64,000 nt of DNA from the human T2T-CHM13v2.0 reference genome, Homo sapiens, in the NCBI RefSeq assembly GCF_009914755.1, contig NC_060931.1; one strand, written 5' to 3'. Below are positions 25,801 to 40,920 of this stretch, one piece after another. The translations under genes and the position numbers were made by a program. The notes beneath the pieces are model-generated. The model made no database searches. It was not told the DNA's origin and was given only the letters and a program-made list of their open reading frames with translations. Position 1 is the first letter of the stretch; each line of letters starts with the position of its first letter.

Positions 25801-28800
25801 CAGAAGAATTCTCAGTAACTTCTTTGTGCTGTGTGTATTCAACTCACAGAGTGGAACGTCCCTTTGCAGAGAGCAGATTTGAAACACTCTTTTTGTGGAG
25901 TTTGCAAGTGGAGATTTCAAGCGATTTGATGCCAACAGTAGAAAAGGAAATATCTTCAAATAAAAACTAGACAGAATCATTCTCAGAAACTACTTTGTGA
26001 TGTGTGCCTTCAACTCACAGAGTTTAACCTTTCTTTTCTTAGAGCAGTTTAGAAACACTCTGCTTGTTACGTCTGCAAGTGGATATTTGGACCTCTTTGA
26101 GGCCTTCGTTGCAAACGGGGTTTCTTCCTTTCATGCTAGACTAAGAAGAGTTCTCAGTAACTTTTTTGTGTTGTGTGTATTCAACTCACAGAGTTGAACC
26201 TTGCTTTAGAGAGAGCAGATTTGAAACACTCTTGCTGTGGCATTTTCAGGTGGAGATTTCAAGCGATTTGAGGACAATTGCAGAAAAGGAAATATCTTCG
26301 TATAATAACCAGACAGAATCATTCTCAGAAAGTGCTTTGTGATGTGTGCGTTCAACTCACAGAGTTTAACCTTTCTTTTCATAGAGGAGTTTGGAAACAC
26401 ACTGTTTGTAAAGTCTGCAAGTGGATATATGGACCTGTTTGAGGCCTTCGTTGGAAACGGGATTTCTTCATTGAATGCTAGACGGAAGAATTCTCAGTAA
26501 ATTCTTTGTGTTGTGTGCATTCAACTCACAGAGTGGAACGTCCCTTTAGACAGAGCAGATTTGAAACACTCTTTTTGTGGAATTTGCAAGTGGAGATTTC
26601 TAGCCATTTGATGCCAACAGTAGAAAGGGAAATATCTTCAAATAAAAACCAGACAGAATCATTCTCAGAAAATTCTTTGTGATGTGTGCGTTCAACTCAC
26701 ATAGTTTAACCTTTCTTTTCATAGAGCAGTTTGGAAACACTCTGTTTGTAAAGTCTGCAAGTGGATATATGGACCGCATTGAGGCCTTCGTTGGAAACGG
26801 GATTTCTTCATTTCATGCTAGACAGAAGAATTCTCAGTAACTTCTTTGTGCTGTGTGTATTCAACTCACAGAGTGGAACGTCCCTTTACACAGAGCAGAT
26901 TTGAAACACTCTTTTTGTGGAGTTTGCAAGTGGAGATTTCAAGCGATTTGATGCCAACAGTAGAAAAGGAAATATCTTCAAATAAAAACTAGACAGAATC
27001 ATTCTCAGAAACTACTTTGTGATGTGTGCCTTCAACTCACAGAGTTTAACCTTTCTTTTCTTGGAGCAGTTTAGAAACACTCTGCTTGTTATGTCTGCAA
27101 GTGGATATTTGGACCTCTTTGAGGCCTTCGTTGCAAACGGGGTTTCTTCCTTTCATGCTAGACTAAGAAGAGTTCTCAGTAACTTTTTTGTGTTGTGTGT
27201 ATTCAACTCACAGAGTTGAACCTTGCTTTAGAGAGAGCAGATTTGAAACACTCTTGCTGTGGCATTTTCAGGTGGAGATTTCAAGCGATTTGAGGACAAT
27301 TGCAGAAAAGGAAATATCTTCGTATAATAACCAGACAGAATCATTCTCAGAAAGTGCTTTGTGATGTGTGCGTTCAACTCACAGAGTTTAACCTTTCTTT
27401 TCATAGAGGAGTTTGGAAACACACTGTTTGTAAGGACTGCAAGTGGATATATGGACCTGTTTGAGGCCTTCGTTGGAAACGGGATTTCTTCATTGAATGC
27501 TAGACGGAAGAATTCTCAGTAAATTCTTTGTGTTGTGTGCATTCAACTCACAGAGTGGAACGTCCCTTTAGACAGAGCAGATTTGAAACACTCTTTTTGC
27601 GGAATTTGCAAGTGGAGATTTCTAGCCATTTGATGCCAACAGTAGAAAGGGAAATATCTTCAAATAAAAACCAGACAGAATCATTCTCAGAAAATTCTTT
27701 GTGATGTGTGCGTTCAACTCACATAGTTTAACCTTTCTTTTCATAGAGCAGTTTGGAAACACTCTGTTTGTAAAGTCTGCAAGTGGATATATGGACCGCA
27801 TTGAGGCCTTCGTTGGAAACGGGATTTCTTCATTTCATGCTAGACAGAAGAATTCTCAGTAACTTCTTTGTGCCGTGTGTATTCAACTCACAGAGTGGAA
27901 CGTCCCTTTGCACAGAGCAGATTTGAAACACTCTTTTTGTGGAGTTTGCAAGTGGAGATTTCAAGCGATTTGATGCCAACAGTAGAAAAGGAAATATCTT
28001 CAAATAAAAACTAGACAGAATCATTCTCAGAAACTACTTTGTGATGTGTGCCTTCAACTCACAGAGTTCAACCTTTCTTTTCTTAGAGCAGTTTAGAAAC
28101 ACTCTGCTTGTTATGTCTGCAAGTGGATATTTGGACCTCTTTGAGGCCTTCGTTGCAAACGGGGTTTCTTCCTTTCATGCTAGACTAAGAAGAGTTCTCA
28201 GTAACTTTTTTGTGTTGTGTGTATTCAACTCACAGAGTTGAACCTTGCTTTAGAGAGAGCAGATTTGAAACACTCTTGCTGTGGCATTTTCAGGTGGAGA
28301 TTTCAAGCGATTTGAGGACAATTGCAGAAAAGGAAATATCTTCGTATAATAACCAGACAGAATCATTCTCAGAAAGTGCTTTGTGATGTGTGCGTTCAAC
28401 TCACAGAGTTTAACCTTTCTTTTCATAGAGGAGTTTGGAAACACACTGTTTGTAAGGACTGCAAGTGGATATATGGACCTGTTTGAGGCCTTCGTTGGAA
28501 ACGGGATTTCTTCATTGAATGCTAGACGGAAGAATTCTCAGTAAATTCTTTGTGTTGTGTGCATTCAACTCACAGAGTGGAACGTCCCTTTAGACAGAGC
28601 AGATTTGAAACACTCTTTTTGTGGAATTTGCAAGTGGAGATTTCTAGCCATTTGATGCCAACAGTAGAAAGGGAAATATCTTCAAATAAAAACCAGACAG
28701 AATCATTCTCAGAAAATTCTTTGTGATGTGTGCGTTCAACTCACATAGTTTAACCTTTCTTTTCATAGAGCAGTTTGGAAACACTCTGTTTGTAAAGTCT

Positions 28801-30699
28801 GCAAGTGGATATATGGACCGCATTGAGGCCTTCGTTGGAAACGGGATTTCTTCATTTCATGCTAGACAGAAGAATTCTCAGTAACTTCTTTGTGCTGTGT
28901 GTATTCAACTCACAGAGTGGAACGTCCCTTTGCACAGAGCAGATTTGAAACACTCTTTTTGTGGAGTTTGCAAGTGGAGATTTCAAGCGATTTGATGCCA
29001 ACAGTAGAAAAGGAAATATCTTCAAATAAAAACTAGACAGAATCATTCTCAGAAACTACTTTGTGATGTGTGCCTTCAACTCACAGAGTTTAACCTTTCT
29101 TTTCTTAGAGCAGTTTAGAAACACTCTGCTTGTTATGTCTGCAAGTGGATATTTGGACCTCTTTGAGGCCTTCGTTGCAAACGGGGTTTCTTCCTTTCAT
29201 GCTAGACTAAGAAGAGTTCTCAGTAACTTTTTTGTGTTGTGTGTATTCAACTCACAGAGTTGAACCTTGCTTTAGAGAGAGCAGATTTGAAACACTCTTG
29301 CTGTGGCATTTTCAGGTGGAGATTTCAAGCGATTTGAGGACAATTGCAGAAAAGGAAATATCTTCGTATAATAACCAGACAGAATCATTCTCAGAAAGTG
29401 CTTTGTGATGTGTGCGTTCAACTCACAGAGTTTAACCTTTCTTTTCATAGAGGAGTTTGGAAACACACTGTTTGTAAAGTCTGCAAGTGGATACATGGAC
29501 CTGTTTGAGGCCTTCGTTGGAAACGGGATTTCTTCATTGAATGCTAGACGGAAGAATTCTCAGTAAATTCTTTGTGTTGTGTGCATTCAACTCACAGAGT
29601 GGAACGTCCCTTTAGACAGAGCAGATTTGAAACACTCTTTTTGCGGAATTTGCAAGTGGAGATTTCTAGCCATTTGATGCCAACAGTAGAAAGGGAAATA
29701 TCTTCAAATAAAAACCAGACAGAATCATTCTCAGAAAATTCTTTGTGATGTGTGCGTTCAACTCACATAGTTTAACCTTTCTTTTCATAGAGCAGTTTGG
29801 AAACACTCTGTTTGTAAAGTCTGCAAGTGGATATATGGACCGCATTGAGGCCTTCGTTGGAAACAGGATTTCTTCATTTCATGCTAGACAGAAGAATTCT
29901 CAGTAACTTCTTTGTGCTGTGTGTATTCAACTCACAGAGTGGAACGTCCCTTTGCACAGAGCAGATTTGAAACACTCTTTTTGTGGAGTTTGCAAGTGGA
30001 GATTTCAAGCGATTTGATGCCAACAGTAGAAAAGGAAATATCTTCAAATAAAAACTAGACAGAATCATTCTCAGAAACTACTTTGTGATGTGTGCCTTCA
30101 ACTCACAGAGTTTAACCTTTCTTTTCTTAGAGCAGTTTAGAAACACTCTGCTTGTTACGTCTGCAAGTGGATATTTGGACCTCTTTGAGGCCTTCGTTGC
30201 AAACGGGGTTTCTTCCTTTCATGCTAGACTAAGAAGAGTTCTCAGTAACTTTTTTGTGTTGTGTGTATTCAACTCACAGAGTTGAACCTTGCTTTAGAGA
30301 GAGCAGATTTGAAACACTCTTGCTGTGGCATTTTCAGGTGGAGATTTCAAGCGATTTGAGGACAATTGCAGAAAAGGAAATATCTTCGTATAATAACCAG
30401 ACAGAATCATTCTCAGAAAGTGCTTTGTGATGTGTGCGTTCAACTCACAGAGTTTAACCTTTCTTTTCATAGAGGAGTTTGGAAACACACTGTTTGTAAA
30501 GTCTGCAAGTGGATATATGGACCTGTTTGAGGCCTTCGTTGGAAACGGGATTTCTTCATTGAATGCTAGACGGAAGAATTCTCAGTAAATTCTTTGTGTT
30601 GTGTGCATTCAACTCACAGAGTGGAACGTCCCTTTAGACAGAGCAGATTTGAAACACTCTTTTTGCGGAATTTGCAAGTGGAGATTTCTAGCCATTTGA

Positions 30700-33600
30700 T
30701 GCCAACAGTAGAAAGGGAAATATCTTCAAATAAAAACCAGACAGAATCATTCTCAGAAAATTCTTTGTGATGTGTGCGTTCAACTCACATAGTTTAACCT
30801 TTCTTTTCATAGAGCAGTTTGGAAACACTCTGTTTGTAAAGTCTGCAAGTGGATATATGGACCGCATTGAGGCCTTCGTTGGAAACGGGATTTCTTCATT
30901 TCATGCTAGACAGAAGAATTCTCAGTAACTTCTTTGTGCTGTGTGTATTCAACTCACAGAGTGGAACGTCCCTTTGCACAGAGCAGATTTGAAACACTCT
31001 TTTTGTGGAGTTTGCAAGTGGAGATTTCAAGCGATTTGATGCCAACAGTAGAAAAGGAAATATCTTCAAATAAAAACTAGACAGAATCATTCTCAGAAAC
31101 TACTTTGTGATGTGTGCCTTCAACTCACAGAGTTTAACCTTTCTTTTCTTAGAGCAGTTTAGAAACACTCTGCTTGTTACGTCTGCAAGTGGATATTTGG
31201 ACCTCTTTGAGGCCTTCGTTACAAACGGGGTTTCTTCCTTTCATGCTAGACTAAGAAGAGTTCTCAGTAACTTTTTTGTGTTGTGTGTATTCAACTCACA
31301 GAGTTGAACCTTGCTTTAGAGAGAGCAGATTTGAAACACTCTTGCTGTGGCATTTTCAGGTGGAGATTTCAAGCGATTTGAGGACAATTGCAGAAAAGGA
31401 AATATCTTCGTATAATAACCAGACAGAATCATTCTCAGAAAGTGCTTTGTGATGTGTGCGTTCAACTCACAGAGTTTAACCTTTCTTTTCATAGAGGAGT
31501 TTGGAAACACACTGTTTGTAAAGTCTGCAAGTGGATATATGGACCTGTTTGAGGCCTTCGTTGGAAACGGGATTTCTTCATTGAATGCTAGACGGAAGAA
31601 TTCTCAGTAAATTCTTTGTGTTGTGTGCATTCAACTCACAGAGTGGAACGTCCCTTTAGACAGAGCAGATTTGAAACACTCTTTTTGTGGAATTTGCAAG
31701 TGGAGATTTCTAGCCATTTGATGCCAACAGTAGAAAGGGAAATATCTTCAAATAAAAACCAGACAGAATCATTCTCAGAAAATTCTTTGTGATGTGTGCG
31801 TTCAACTCACATAGTTTAACCTTTCTTTTCATAGAGCAGTTTGGAAACACTCTGTTTGTAAAGTCTGCAAGTGGATATATGGACCGCATTGAGGCCTTCG
31901 TTGGAAACGGGATTTCTTCATTTCATGCTAGACAGAAGAATTCTCAGTAACTTCTTTGTGCTGTGTGTATTCAACTCACAGAGTGGAACGTCCCTTTGCA
32001 CAGAGCAGATTTGAAACACTCTTTTTGTGGAGTTTGCAAGTGGAGATTTCAAGCGATTTGATGCCAACAGTAGAAAAGGAAATATCTTCAAATAAAAACT
32101 AGACAGAATCATTCTCAGAAACTACTTTGTGATGTGTGCCTTCAACTCACAGAGTTTAACCTTTCTTTTCTTAGAGCAGTTTAGAAACACTCTGCTTGTT
32201 ATGTCTGCAAGTGGATATTTGGACCTCTTTGAGGCCTTCGTTGCAAACGGGGTTTCTTCCTTTCATGCTAGACTAAGAAGAGTTCTCAGTAACTTTTTTG
32301 TGTTGTGTGTATTCAACTCACAGAGTTGAACCTTGCTTTAGAGAGAGCAGATTTGAAACACTCTTGCTGTGGCATTTTCAGGTGGAGATTTCAAGCGATT
32401 TGAGGACAATTGCAGAAAAGGAAATATCTTCGTATAATAACCAGACAGAATCATTCTCAGAAAGTGCTTTGTGATGTGTGCGTTCAACTCACAGAGTTTA
32501 ACCTTTCTTTTCATAGAGGAGTTTGGAAACACACTGTTTGTAAGGACTGCAAGTGGATATATGGACCTGTTTGAGGCCTTCGTTGGAAACGGGATTTCTT
32601 CATTGAATGCTAGACGGAAGAATTCTCAGTAAATTCTTTGTGTTGTGTGCATTCAACTCACAGAGTGGAACGTCCCTTTAGACAGAGCAGATTTGAAACA
32701 CTCTTTTTGTGGAATTTGCAAGTGGAGATTTCTAGCCATTTGATGCCAACAGTAGAAAGGGAAATATCTTCAAATAAAAACCAGACAGAATCATTCTCAG
32801 AAAATTCTTTGTGATGTGTGCGTTCAACTCACATAGTTTAACCTTTCTTTTCATAGAGCAGTTTGGAAACACTCTGTTTGTAAAGTCTGCAAGTGGATAT
32901 ATGGACCGCATTGAGGCCTTCGTTGGAAACGGGATTTCTTCATTTCATGCTAGACAGAAGAATTCTCAGTAACTTCTTTGTGCTGTGTGTATTCAACTCA
33001 CAGAGTGGAACGTCCCTTTGCACAGAGCAGATTTGAAACACTCTTTTTGTGGAGTTTGCAAGTGGAGATTTCAAGCGATTTGATGCCAACAGTAGAAAAG
33101 GAAATATCTTCAAATAAAAACTAGACAGAATCATTCTCAGAAACTACTTTGTGATGTGTGCCTTCAACTCACAGAGTTTAACCTTTCTTTTCTTAGAGCA
33201 GTTTAGAAACACTCTGCTTGTTATGTCTGCAAGTGGATATTTGGACCTCTTTGAGGCCTTCGTTGCAAACGGGGTTTCTTCCTTTCATGCTAGACTAAGA
33301 AGAGTTCTCAGTAACTTTTTTGTGTTGTGTGTATTCAACTCACAGAGTTGAACCTTGCTTTAGAGAGAGCAGATTTGAAACACTCTTGCTGTGGCATTTT
33401 CAGGTGGAGATTTCAAGCGATTTGAGGACAATTGCAGAAAAGGAAATATCTTCGTATAATAACCAGACAGAATCATTCTCAGAAAGTGCTTTGTGATGTG
33501 TGCGTTCAACTCACAGAGTTTAACCTTTCTTTTCATAGAGGAGTTTGGAAACACACTGTTTGTAAAGTCTGCAAGTGGATACATGGACCTGTTTGAGGCC

Positions 33601-36600
33601 TTCGTTGGAAACGGGATTTCTTCATTGAATGCTAGACGGAAGAATTCTCAGTAAATTCTTTGTGTTGTGTGCATTCAACTCACAGAGTGGAACGTCCCTT
33701 TAGACAGAGCAGATTTGAAACACTCTTTTTGCGGAATTTGCAAGTGGAGATTTCTAGCCATTTGATGCCAACAGTAGAAAGGGAAATATCTTCAAATAAA
33801 AACCAGACAGAATCATTCTCAGAAAATTCTTTGTGATGTGTGCGTTCAACTCACATAGTTTAACCTTTCTTTTCATAGAGCAGTTTGGAAACACTCTGTT
33901 TGTAAAGTCTGCAAGTGGATATATGGACCGCATTGAGGCCTTCGTTGGAAACGGGATTTCTTCATTTCATGCTAGACAGAAGAATTCTCAGTAACTTCTT
34001 TGTGCTGTGTGTATTCAACTCACAGAGTGGAACGTCCCTTTGCAGAGAGCAGATTTGAAACACTCTTTTTGTGGAGTTTGCAAGTGGAGATTTCAAGCGA
34101 TTTGATGCCAACAGTAGAAAAGGAAATATCTTCAAATAAAAACTAGACAGAATCATTCTCAGAAACTACTTTGTGATGTGTGCCTTCAACTCACAGAGTT
34201 CAACCTTTCTTTTCTTAGAGCAGTTTAGAAACACTCTGCTTGTTATGTCTGCAAGTGGATATTTGGACCTCTTTGAGGCCTTCGTTGCAAACGGGGTTTC
34301 TTCCTTTCATGCTAGACTAAGAAGAGTTCTCAGTAACTTTTTTGTGTTGTGTGTATTCAACTCACAGAGTTGAACCTTGCTTTAGAGAGAGCAGATTTGA
34401 AACACTCTTGCTGTGGCATTTTCAGGTGGAGATTTCAAGCGATTTGAGGACAATTGCAGAAAAGGAAATATCTTCGTATAATAACCAGACAGAATCATTC
34501 TCAGAAAGTGCTTTGTGATGTGTGCGTTCAACTCACAGAGTTTAACCTTTCTTTTCATAGAGGAGTTTGGAAACACACTGTTTGTAAAGTCTGCAAGTGG
34601 ATATATGGACCTGTTTGAGGCCTTCGTTGGAAACGGGATTTCTTCATTGAATGCTAGACGGAAGAATTCTCAGTAAATTCTTTGTGTTGTGTGCATTCAA
34701 CTCACAGAGTGGAACGTCCCTTTAGACAGAGCAGATTTGAAACACTCTTTTTGCGGAATTTGCAAGTGGAGATTTCTAGCCATTTGATGCCAACAGTAGA
34801 AAGGGAAATATCTTCAAATAAAAACCAGACAGAATCATTCTCAGAAAATTCTTTGTGATGTGTGCGTTCAACTCACATAGTTTAACCTTTCTTTTCATAG
34901 AGCAGTTTGGAAACACTCTGTTTGTAAAGTCTGCAAGTGGATATATGGACCGCATTGAGGCCTTCGTTGGAAACGGGATTTCTTCATTTCATGCTAGACA
35001 GAAGAATTCTCAGTAACTTCTTTGTGCTGTGTGTATTCAACTCACAGAGTGGAACGTCCCTTTACACAGAGCAGATTTGAAACACTCTTTTTGTGGAGTT
35101 TGCAAGTGGAGATTTCAAGCGATTTGATGCCAACAGTAGAAAAGGAAATATCTTCAAATAAAAACTAGACAGAATCATTCTCAGAAACTACTTTGTGATG
35201 TGTGCCTTCAACTCACAGAGTTTAACCTTTCTTTTCTTAGAGCAGTTTAGAAACACTCTGCTTGTTATGACTGCAAGTGGATATTTGGACCTCTTTGAGG
35301 CCTTCGTTGCAAACGGGGTTTCTTCCTTTCATGCTAGACTAAGAAGAGTTCTCAGTAACTTTTTTGTGTTGTGTGTATTAAACTCACAGAGTTGAACCTT
35401 GCTTTAGAGAGAGCAGATTTGAAACACTCTTGCTGTGGCATTTTCAGGTGGAGATTTCAAGCGATTTGAGGACAATTGCAGAAAAGGAAATATCTTCGTA
35501 TAATAACCAGACAGAATCATTCTCAGAAAGTGCTTTGTGATGTGTGCGTTCAACTCACAGAGTTTAACCTTTCTTTTCATAGAGGAGTTTGGAAACACAC
35601 TGTTTGTAAGGACTGCAAGTGGATATATGGACCTGTTTGAGGCCTTCGTTGGAAACGGGATTTCTTCATTGAATGCTAGACGGAAGAATTCTCAGTAAAT
35701 TCTTTGTGTTGTGTGCATTCAACTCACAGAGTGGAACGTCCCTTTAGACACAGCAGATTTGAAACACTCTTTTTGCGGAATTTGCAAGTGGAGATTTCTA
35801 GCCATTTGATGCCAACAGTAGAAAGGGAAATATCTTCAAATAAAAACCAGACAGAATCATTCTCAGAAAATTCTTTGTGATGTGTGCGTTCAACTCACAT
35901 AGTTTAACCTTTCTTTTCATAGAGCAGTTTGGAAACACTCTGTTTGTAAAGTCTGCAAGTGGATATATGGACCGCATTGAGGCCTTCGTTGGAAACGGGA
36001 TTTCTTCATTTCATGCTAGACAGAAGAATTCTCAGTAACTTCTTTGTGCTGTGTGTATTCAACTCACAGAGTGGAACGTCCCTTTGCACAGAGCAGATTT
36101 GAAACACTCTTTTTGTGGAGTTTGCAAGTGGAGATTTCAAGCGATTTGATGCCAACAGTAGAAAAGGAAATATCTTCAAATAAAAACTAGACAGAATCAT
36201 TCTCAGAAACTACTTTGTGATGTGTGCCTTCAACTCACAGAGTTTAACCTTTCTTTTCATAGAGCAGTTTAGAAACACTCTGCTTGTTACGTCTGCAAGT
36301 GGATATTTGGACCTCTTTGAGGCCTTCGTTGCAAACGGGGTTTCTTCCTTTCATGCTAGACTAAGAAGAGTTCTCAGTAACTTTTTTGTGTTGTGTGTAT
36401 TCAACTCACAGAGTTGAACCTTGCTTTAGAGAGAGCAGATTTGAAACACTCTTGCTGTGGCATTTTCAGGTGGAGATTTCAAGCGATTTGAGGACAATTG
36501 CAGAAAAGGAAATATCTTCGTATAATAACCAGACAGAATCATTCTCAGAAAGTGCTTTGTGATGTGTGCGTTCAACTCACAGAGTTTAACCTTTCTTTTC

Positions 36601-39600
36601 ATAGAGGAGTTTGGAAACACACTGTTTGTAAAGTCTGCAAGTGGATATATGGACCTGTTTGAGGCCTTCGTTGGAAACGGGATTTCTTCATTGAATGCTA
36701 GACGGAAGAATTCTCAGTAAATTCTTTGTGTTGTGTGCATTCAACTCACAGAGTGGAACGTCCCTTTAGACAGAGCAGATTTGAAACACTCTTTTTGTGG
36801 AATTTGCAAGTGGAGATTTCTAGCCATTTGATGCCAACAGTAGAAAGGGAAATATCTTCAAATAAAAACCAGACAGAATCATTCTCAGAAAATTCTTTGT
36901 GATGTGTGCGTTCAACTCACATAGTTTAACCTTTCTTTTCATAGAGCAGTTTGGAAACACTCTGTTTGTAAAGTCTGCAAGTGGATATATGGACCGCATT
37001 GAGGCCTTCGTTGGAAACGGGATTTCTTCATTTCATGCTAGACAGAAGAATTCTCAGTAACTTCTTTGTGCTGTGTGTATTCAACTCACAGAGTGGAACG
37101 TCCCTTTGCACAGAGCAGATTTGAAACACTCTTTTTGTGGAGTTTGCAAGTGGAGATTTCAAGCGATTTGATGCCAACAGTAGAAAAGGAAATATCTTCA
37201 AATAAAAACTAGACAGAATCATTCTCAGAAACTACTTTGTGATGTGTGCCTTCAACTCACAGAGTTTAACCTTTCTTTTCTTAGAGCAGTTTAGAAACAC
37301 TCTGCTTGTTATGTCTGCAAGTGGATATTTGGACCTCTTTGAGGCCTTCGTTGCAAACGGGGTTTCTTCCTTTCATGCTAGACTAAGAAGAGTTCTCAGT
37401 AACTTTTTTGTGTTGTGTGTATTCAACTCACAGAGTTGAACCTTGCTTTAGAGAGAGCAGATTTGAAACACTCTTGCTGTGGCATTTTCAGGTGGAGATT
37501 TCAAGCGATTTGAGGACAATTGCAGAAAAGGAAATATCTTCGTATAATAACCAGACAGAATCATTCTCAGAAAGTGCTTTGTGATGTGTGCGTTCAACTC
37601 ACAGAGTTTAACCTTTCTTTTCATAGAGGAGTTTGGAAACACACTGTTTGTAAAGTCTGCAAGTGGATATATGGACCTGTTTGAGGCCTTCGTTGGAAAC
37701 GGGATTTCTTCATTGAATGCTAGACGGAAGAATTCTCAGTAAATTCTTTGTGTTGTGTGCATTCAACTCACAGAGTGGAACGTCCCTTTAGACAGAGCAG
37801 ATTTGAAACACTCTTTTTGTGGAATTTGCAAGTGGAGATTTCTAGCCATTTGATGCCAACAGTAGAAAGGGAAATATCTTCAAATAAAAACCAGACAGAA
37901 TCATTCTCAGAAAATTCTTTGTGATGTGTGCGTTCAACTCACATAGTTTAACCTTTCTTTTCATAGAGCAGTTTGGAAACACTCTGTTTGTAAAGTCTGC
38001 AAGTGGATATATGGACCGCATTGAGGCCTTCGTTGGAAACGGGATTTCTTCATTTCATGCTAGACAGAAGAATTCTCAGTAACTTCTTTGTGCTGTGTGT
38101 ATTCAACTCACAGAGTGGAACGTCCCTTTGCACAGAGCAGATTTGAAACACTCTTTTTGTGGAGTTTGCAAGTGGAGATTTCAAGCGATTTGATGCCAAC
38201 AGTAGAAAAGGAAATATCTTCAAATAAAAACTAGACAGAATCATTCTCAGAAACTACTTTGTGATGTGTGCCTTCAACTCACAGAGTTTAACCTTTCTTT
38301 TCTTAGAGCAGTTTAGAAACACTCTGCTTGTTATGTCTGCAAGTGGATATTTGGACCTCTTTGAGGCCTTCGTTGCAAACGGGGTTTCTTCCTTTCATGC
38401 TAGACTAAGAAGAGTTCTCAGTAACTTTTTTGTGTTGTGTGTATTCAACTCACAGAGTTGAACCTTGCTTTAGAGAGAGCAGATTTGAAACACTCTTGCT
38501 GTGGCATTTTCAGGTGGAGATTTCAAGCGATTTGAGGACAATTGCAGAAAAGGAAATATCTTCGTATAATAACCAGACAGAATCATTCTCAGAAAGTGCT
38601 TTGTGATGTGTGCGTTCAACTCACAGAGTTTAACCTTTCTTTTCATAGAGGAGTTTGGAAACACACTGTTTGTAAAGTCTGCAAGTGGATACATGGACCT
38701 GTTTGAGGCCTTCGTTGGAAACGGGATTTCTTCATTGAATGCTAGACGGAAGAATTCTCAGTAAATTCTTTGTGTTGTGTGCATTCAACTCACAGAGTGG
38801 AACGTCCCTTTAGACAGAGCAGATTTGAAACACTCTTTTTGCGGAATTTGCAAGTGGAGATTTCTAGCCATTTGATGCCAACAGTAGAAAGGGAAATATC
38901 TTCAAATAAAAACCAGACAGAATCATTCTCAGAAAATTCTTTGTGATGTGTGCGTTCAACTCACATAGTTTAACCTTTCTTTTCATAGAGCAGTTTGGAA
39001 ACACTCTGTTTGTAAAGTCTGCAAGTGGATATATGGACCGCATTGAGGCCTTCGTTGGAAACGGGATTTCTTCATTTCATGCTAGACAGAAGAATTCTCA
39101 GTAACTTCTTTGTGCTGTGTGTATTCAACTCACAGAGTGGAACGTCCCTTTGCAGAGAGCAGATTTGAAACACTCTTTTTGTGGAGTTTGCAAGTGGAGA
39201 TTTCAAGCGATTTGATGCCAACAGTAGAAAAGGAAATATCTTCAAATAAAAACTAGACAGAATCATTCTCAGAAACTACTTTGTGATGTGTGCCTTCAAC
39301 TCACAGAGTTCAACCTTTCTTTTCTTAGAGCAGTTTAGAAACACTCTGCTTGTTATGTCTGCAAGTGGATATTTGGACCTCTTTGAGGCCTTCGTTGCAA
39401 ACGGGGTTTCTTCCTTTCATGCTAGACTAAGAAGAGTTCTCAGTAACTTTTTTGTGTTGTGTGTATTCAACTCACAGAGTTGAACCTTGCTTTAGAGAGA
39501 GCAGATTTGAAACACTCTTGCTGTGGCATTTTCAGGTGGAGATTTCAAGCGATTTGAGGACAATTGCAGAAAAGGAAATATCTTCGTATAATAACCAGAC

Positions 39601-40920
39601 AGAATCATTCTCAGAAAGTGCTTTGTGATGTGTGCGTTCAACTCACAGAGTTTAACCTTTCTTTTCATAGAGGAGTTTGGAAACACACTGTTTGTAAAGT
39701 CTGCAAGTGGATATATGGACCTGTTTGAGGCCTTCGTTGGAAACGGGATTTCTTCATTGAATGCTAGACGGAAGAATTCTCAGTAAATTCTTTGTGTTGT
39801 GTGCATTCAACTCACAGAGTGGAACGTCCCTTTAGACAGAGCAGATTTGAAACACTCTTTTTGCGGAATTTGCAAGTGGAGATTTCTAGCCATTTGATGC
39901 CAACAGTAGAAAGGGAAATATCTTCAAATAAAAACCAGACAGAATCATTCTCAGAAAATTCTTTGTGATGTGTGCGTTCAACTCACATAGTTTAACCTTT
40001 CTTTTCATAGAGCAGTTTGGAAACACTCTGTTTGTAAAGTCTGCAAGTGGATATATGGACCGCATTGAGGCCTTCGTTGGAAACGGGATTTCTTCATTTC
40101 ATGCTAGACAGAAGAATTCTCAGTAACTTCTTTGTGCTGTGTGTATTCAACTCACAGAGTGGAACGTCCCTTTACACAGAGCAGATTTGAAACACTCTTT
40201 TTGTGGAGTTTGCAAGTGGAGATTTCAAGCGATTTGATGCCAACAGTAGAAAAGGAAATATCTTCAAATAAAAACTAGACAGAATCATTCTCAGAAACTA
40301 CTTTGTGATGTGTGCCTTCAACTCACAGAGTTTAACCTTTCTTTTCTTAGAGCAGTTTAGAAACACTCTGCTTGTTATGACTGCAAGTGGATATTTGGAC
40401 CTCTTTGAGGCCTTCGTTGCAAACGGGGTTTCTTCCTTTCATGCTAGACTAAGAAGAGTTCTCAGTAACTTTTTTGTGTTGTGTGTATTAAACTCACAGA
40501 GTTGAACCTTGCTTTAGAGAGAGCAGATTTGAAACACTCTTGCTGTGGCATTTTCAGGTGGAGATTTCAAGCGATTTGAGGACAATTGCAGAAAAGGAAA
40601 TATCTTCGTATAATAACCAGACAGAATCATTCTCAGAAAGTGCTTTGTGATGTGTGCGTTCAACTCACAGAGTTTAACCTTTCTTTTCATAGAGGAGTTT
40701 GGAAACACACTGTTTGTAAGGACTGCAAGTGGATATATGGACCTGTTTGAGGCCTTCGTTGGAAACGGGATTTCTTCATTGAATGCTAGACGGAAGAATT
40801 CTCAGTAAATTCTTTGTGTTGTGTGCATTCAACTCACAGAGTGGAACGTCCCTTTAGACACAGCAGATTTGAAACACTCTTTTTGCGGAATTTGCAAGTG
40901 GAGATTTCTAGCCATTTGAT
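30700..40920 (+). repeat. Tandem duplication of a 5-HOR block (period 5110 bp)
   Basis: The variant order in units starting 31107-35195 repeats in units 36217-40305. The junction unit switches haplotype between 35751 and 35867. Boundaries are approximate. Confidence 0.75.

Noticed and set aside
9752-31230. CENP-B box variants at 9768 (G>T) and 31221 (G>A)
   Set aside because: Both are singletons at non-core positions 17 and 8, so no predicted loss of binding.
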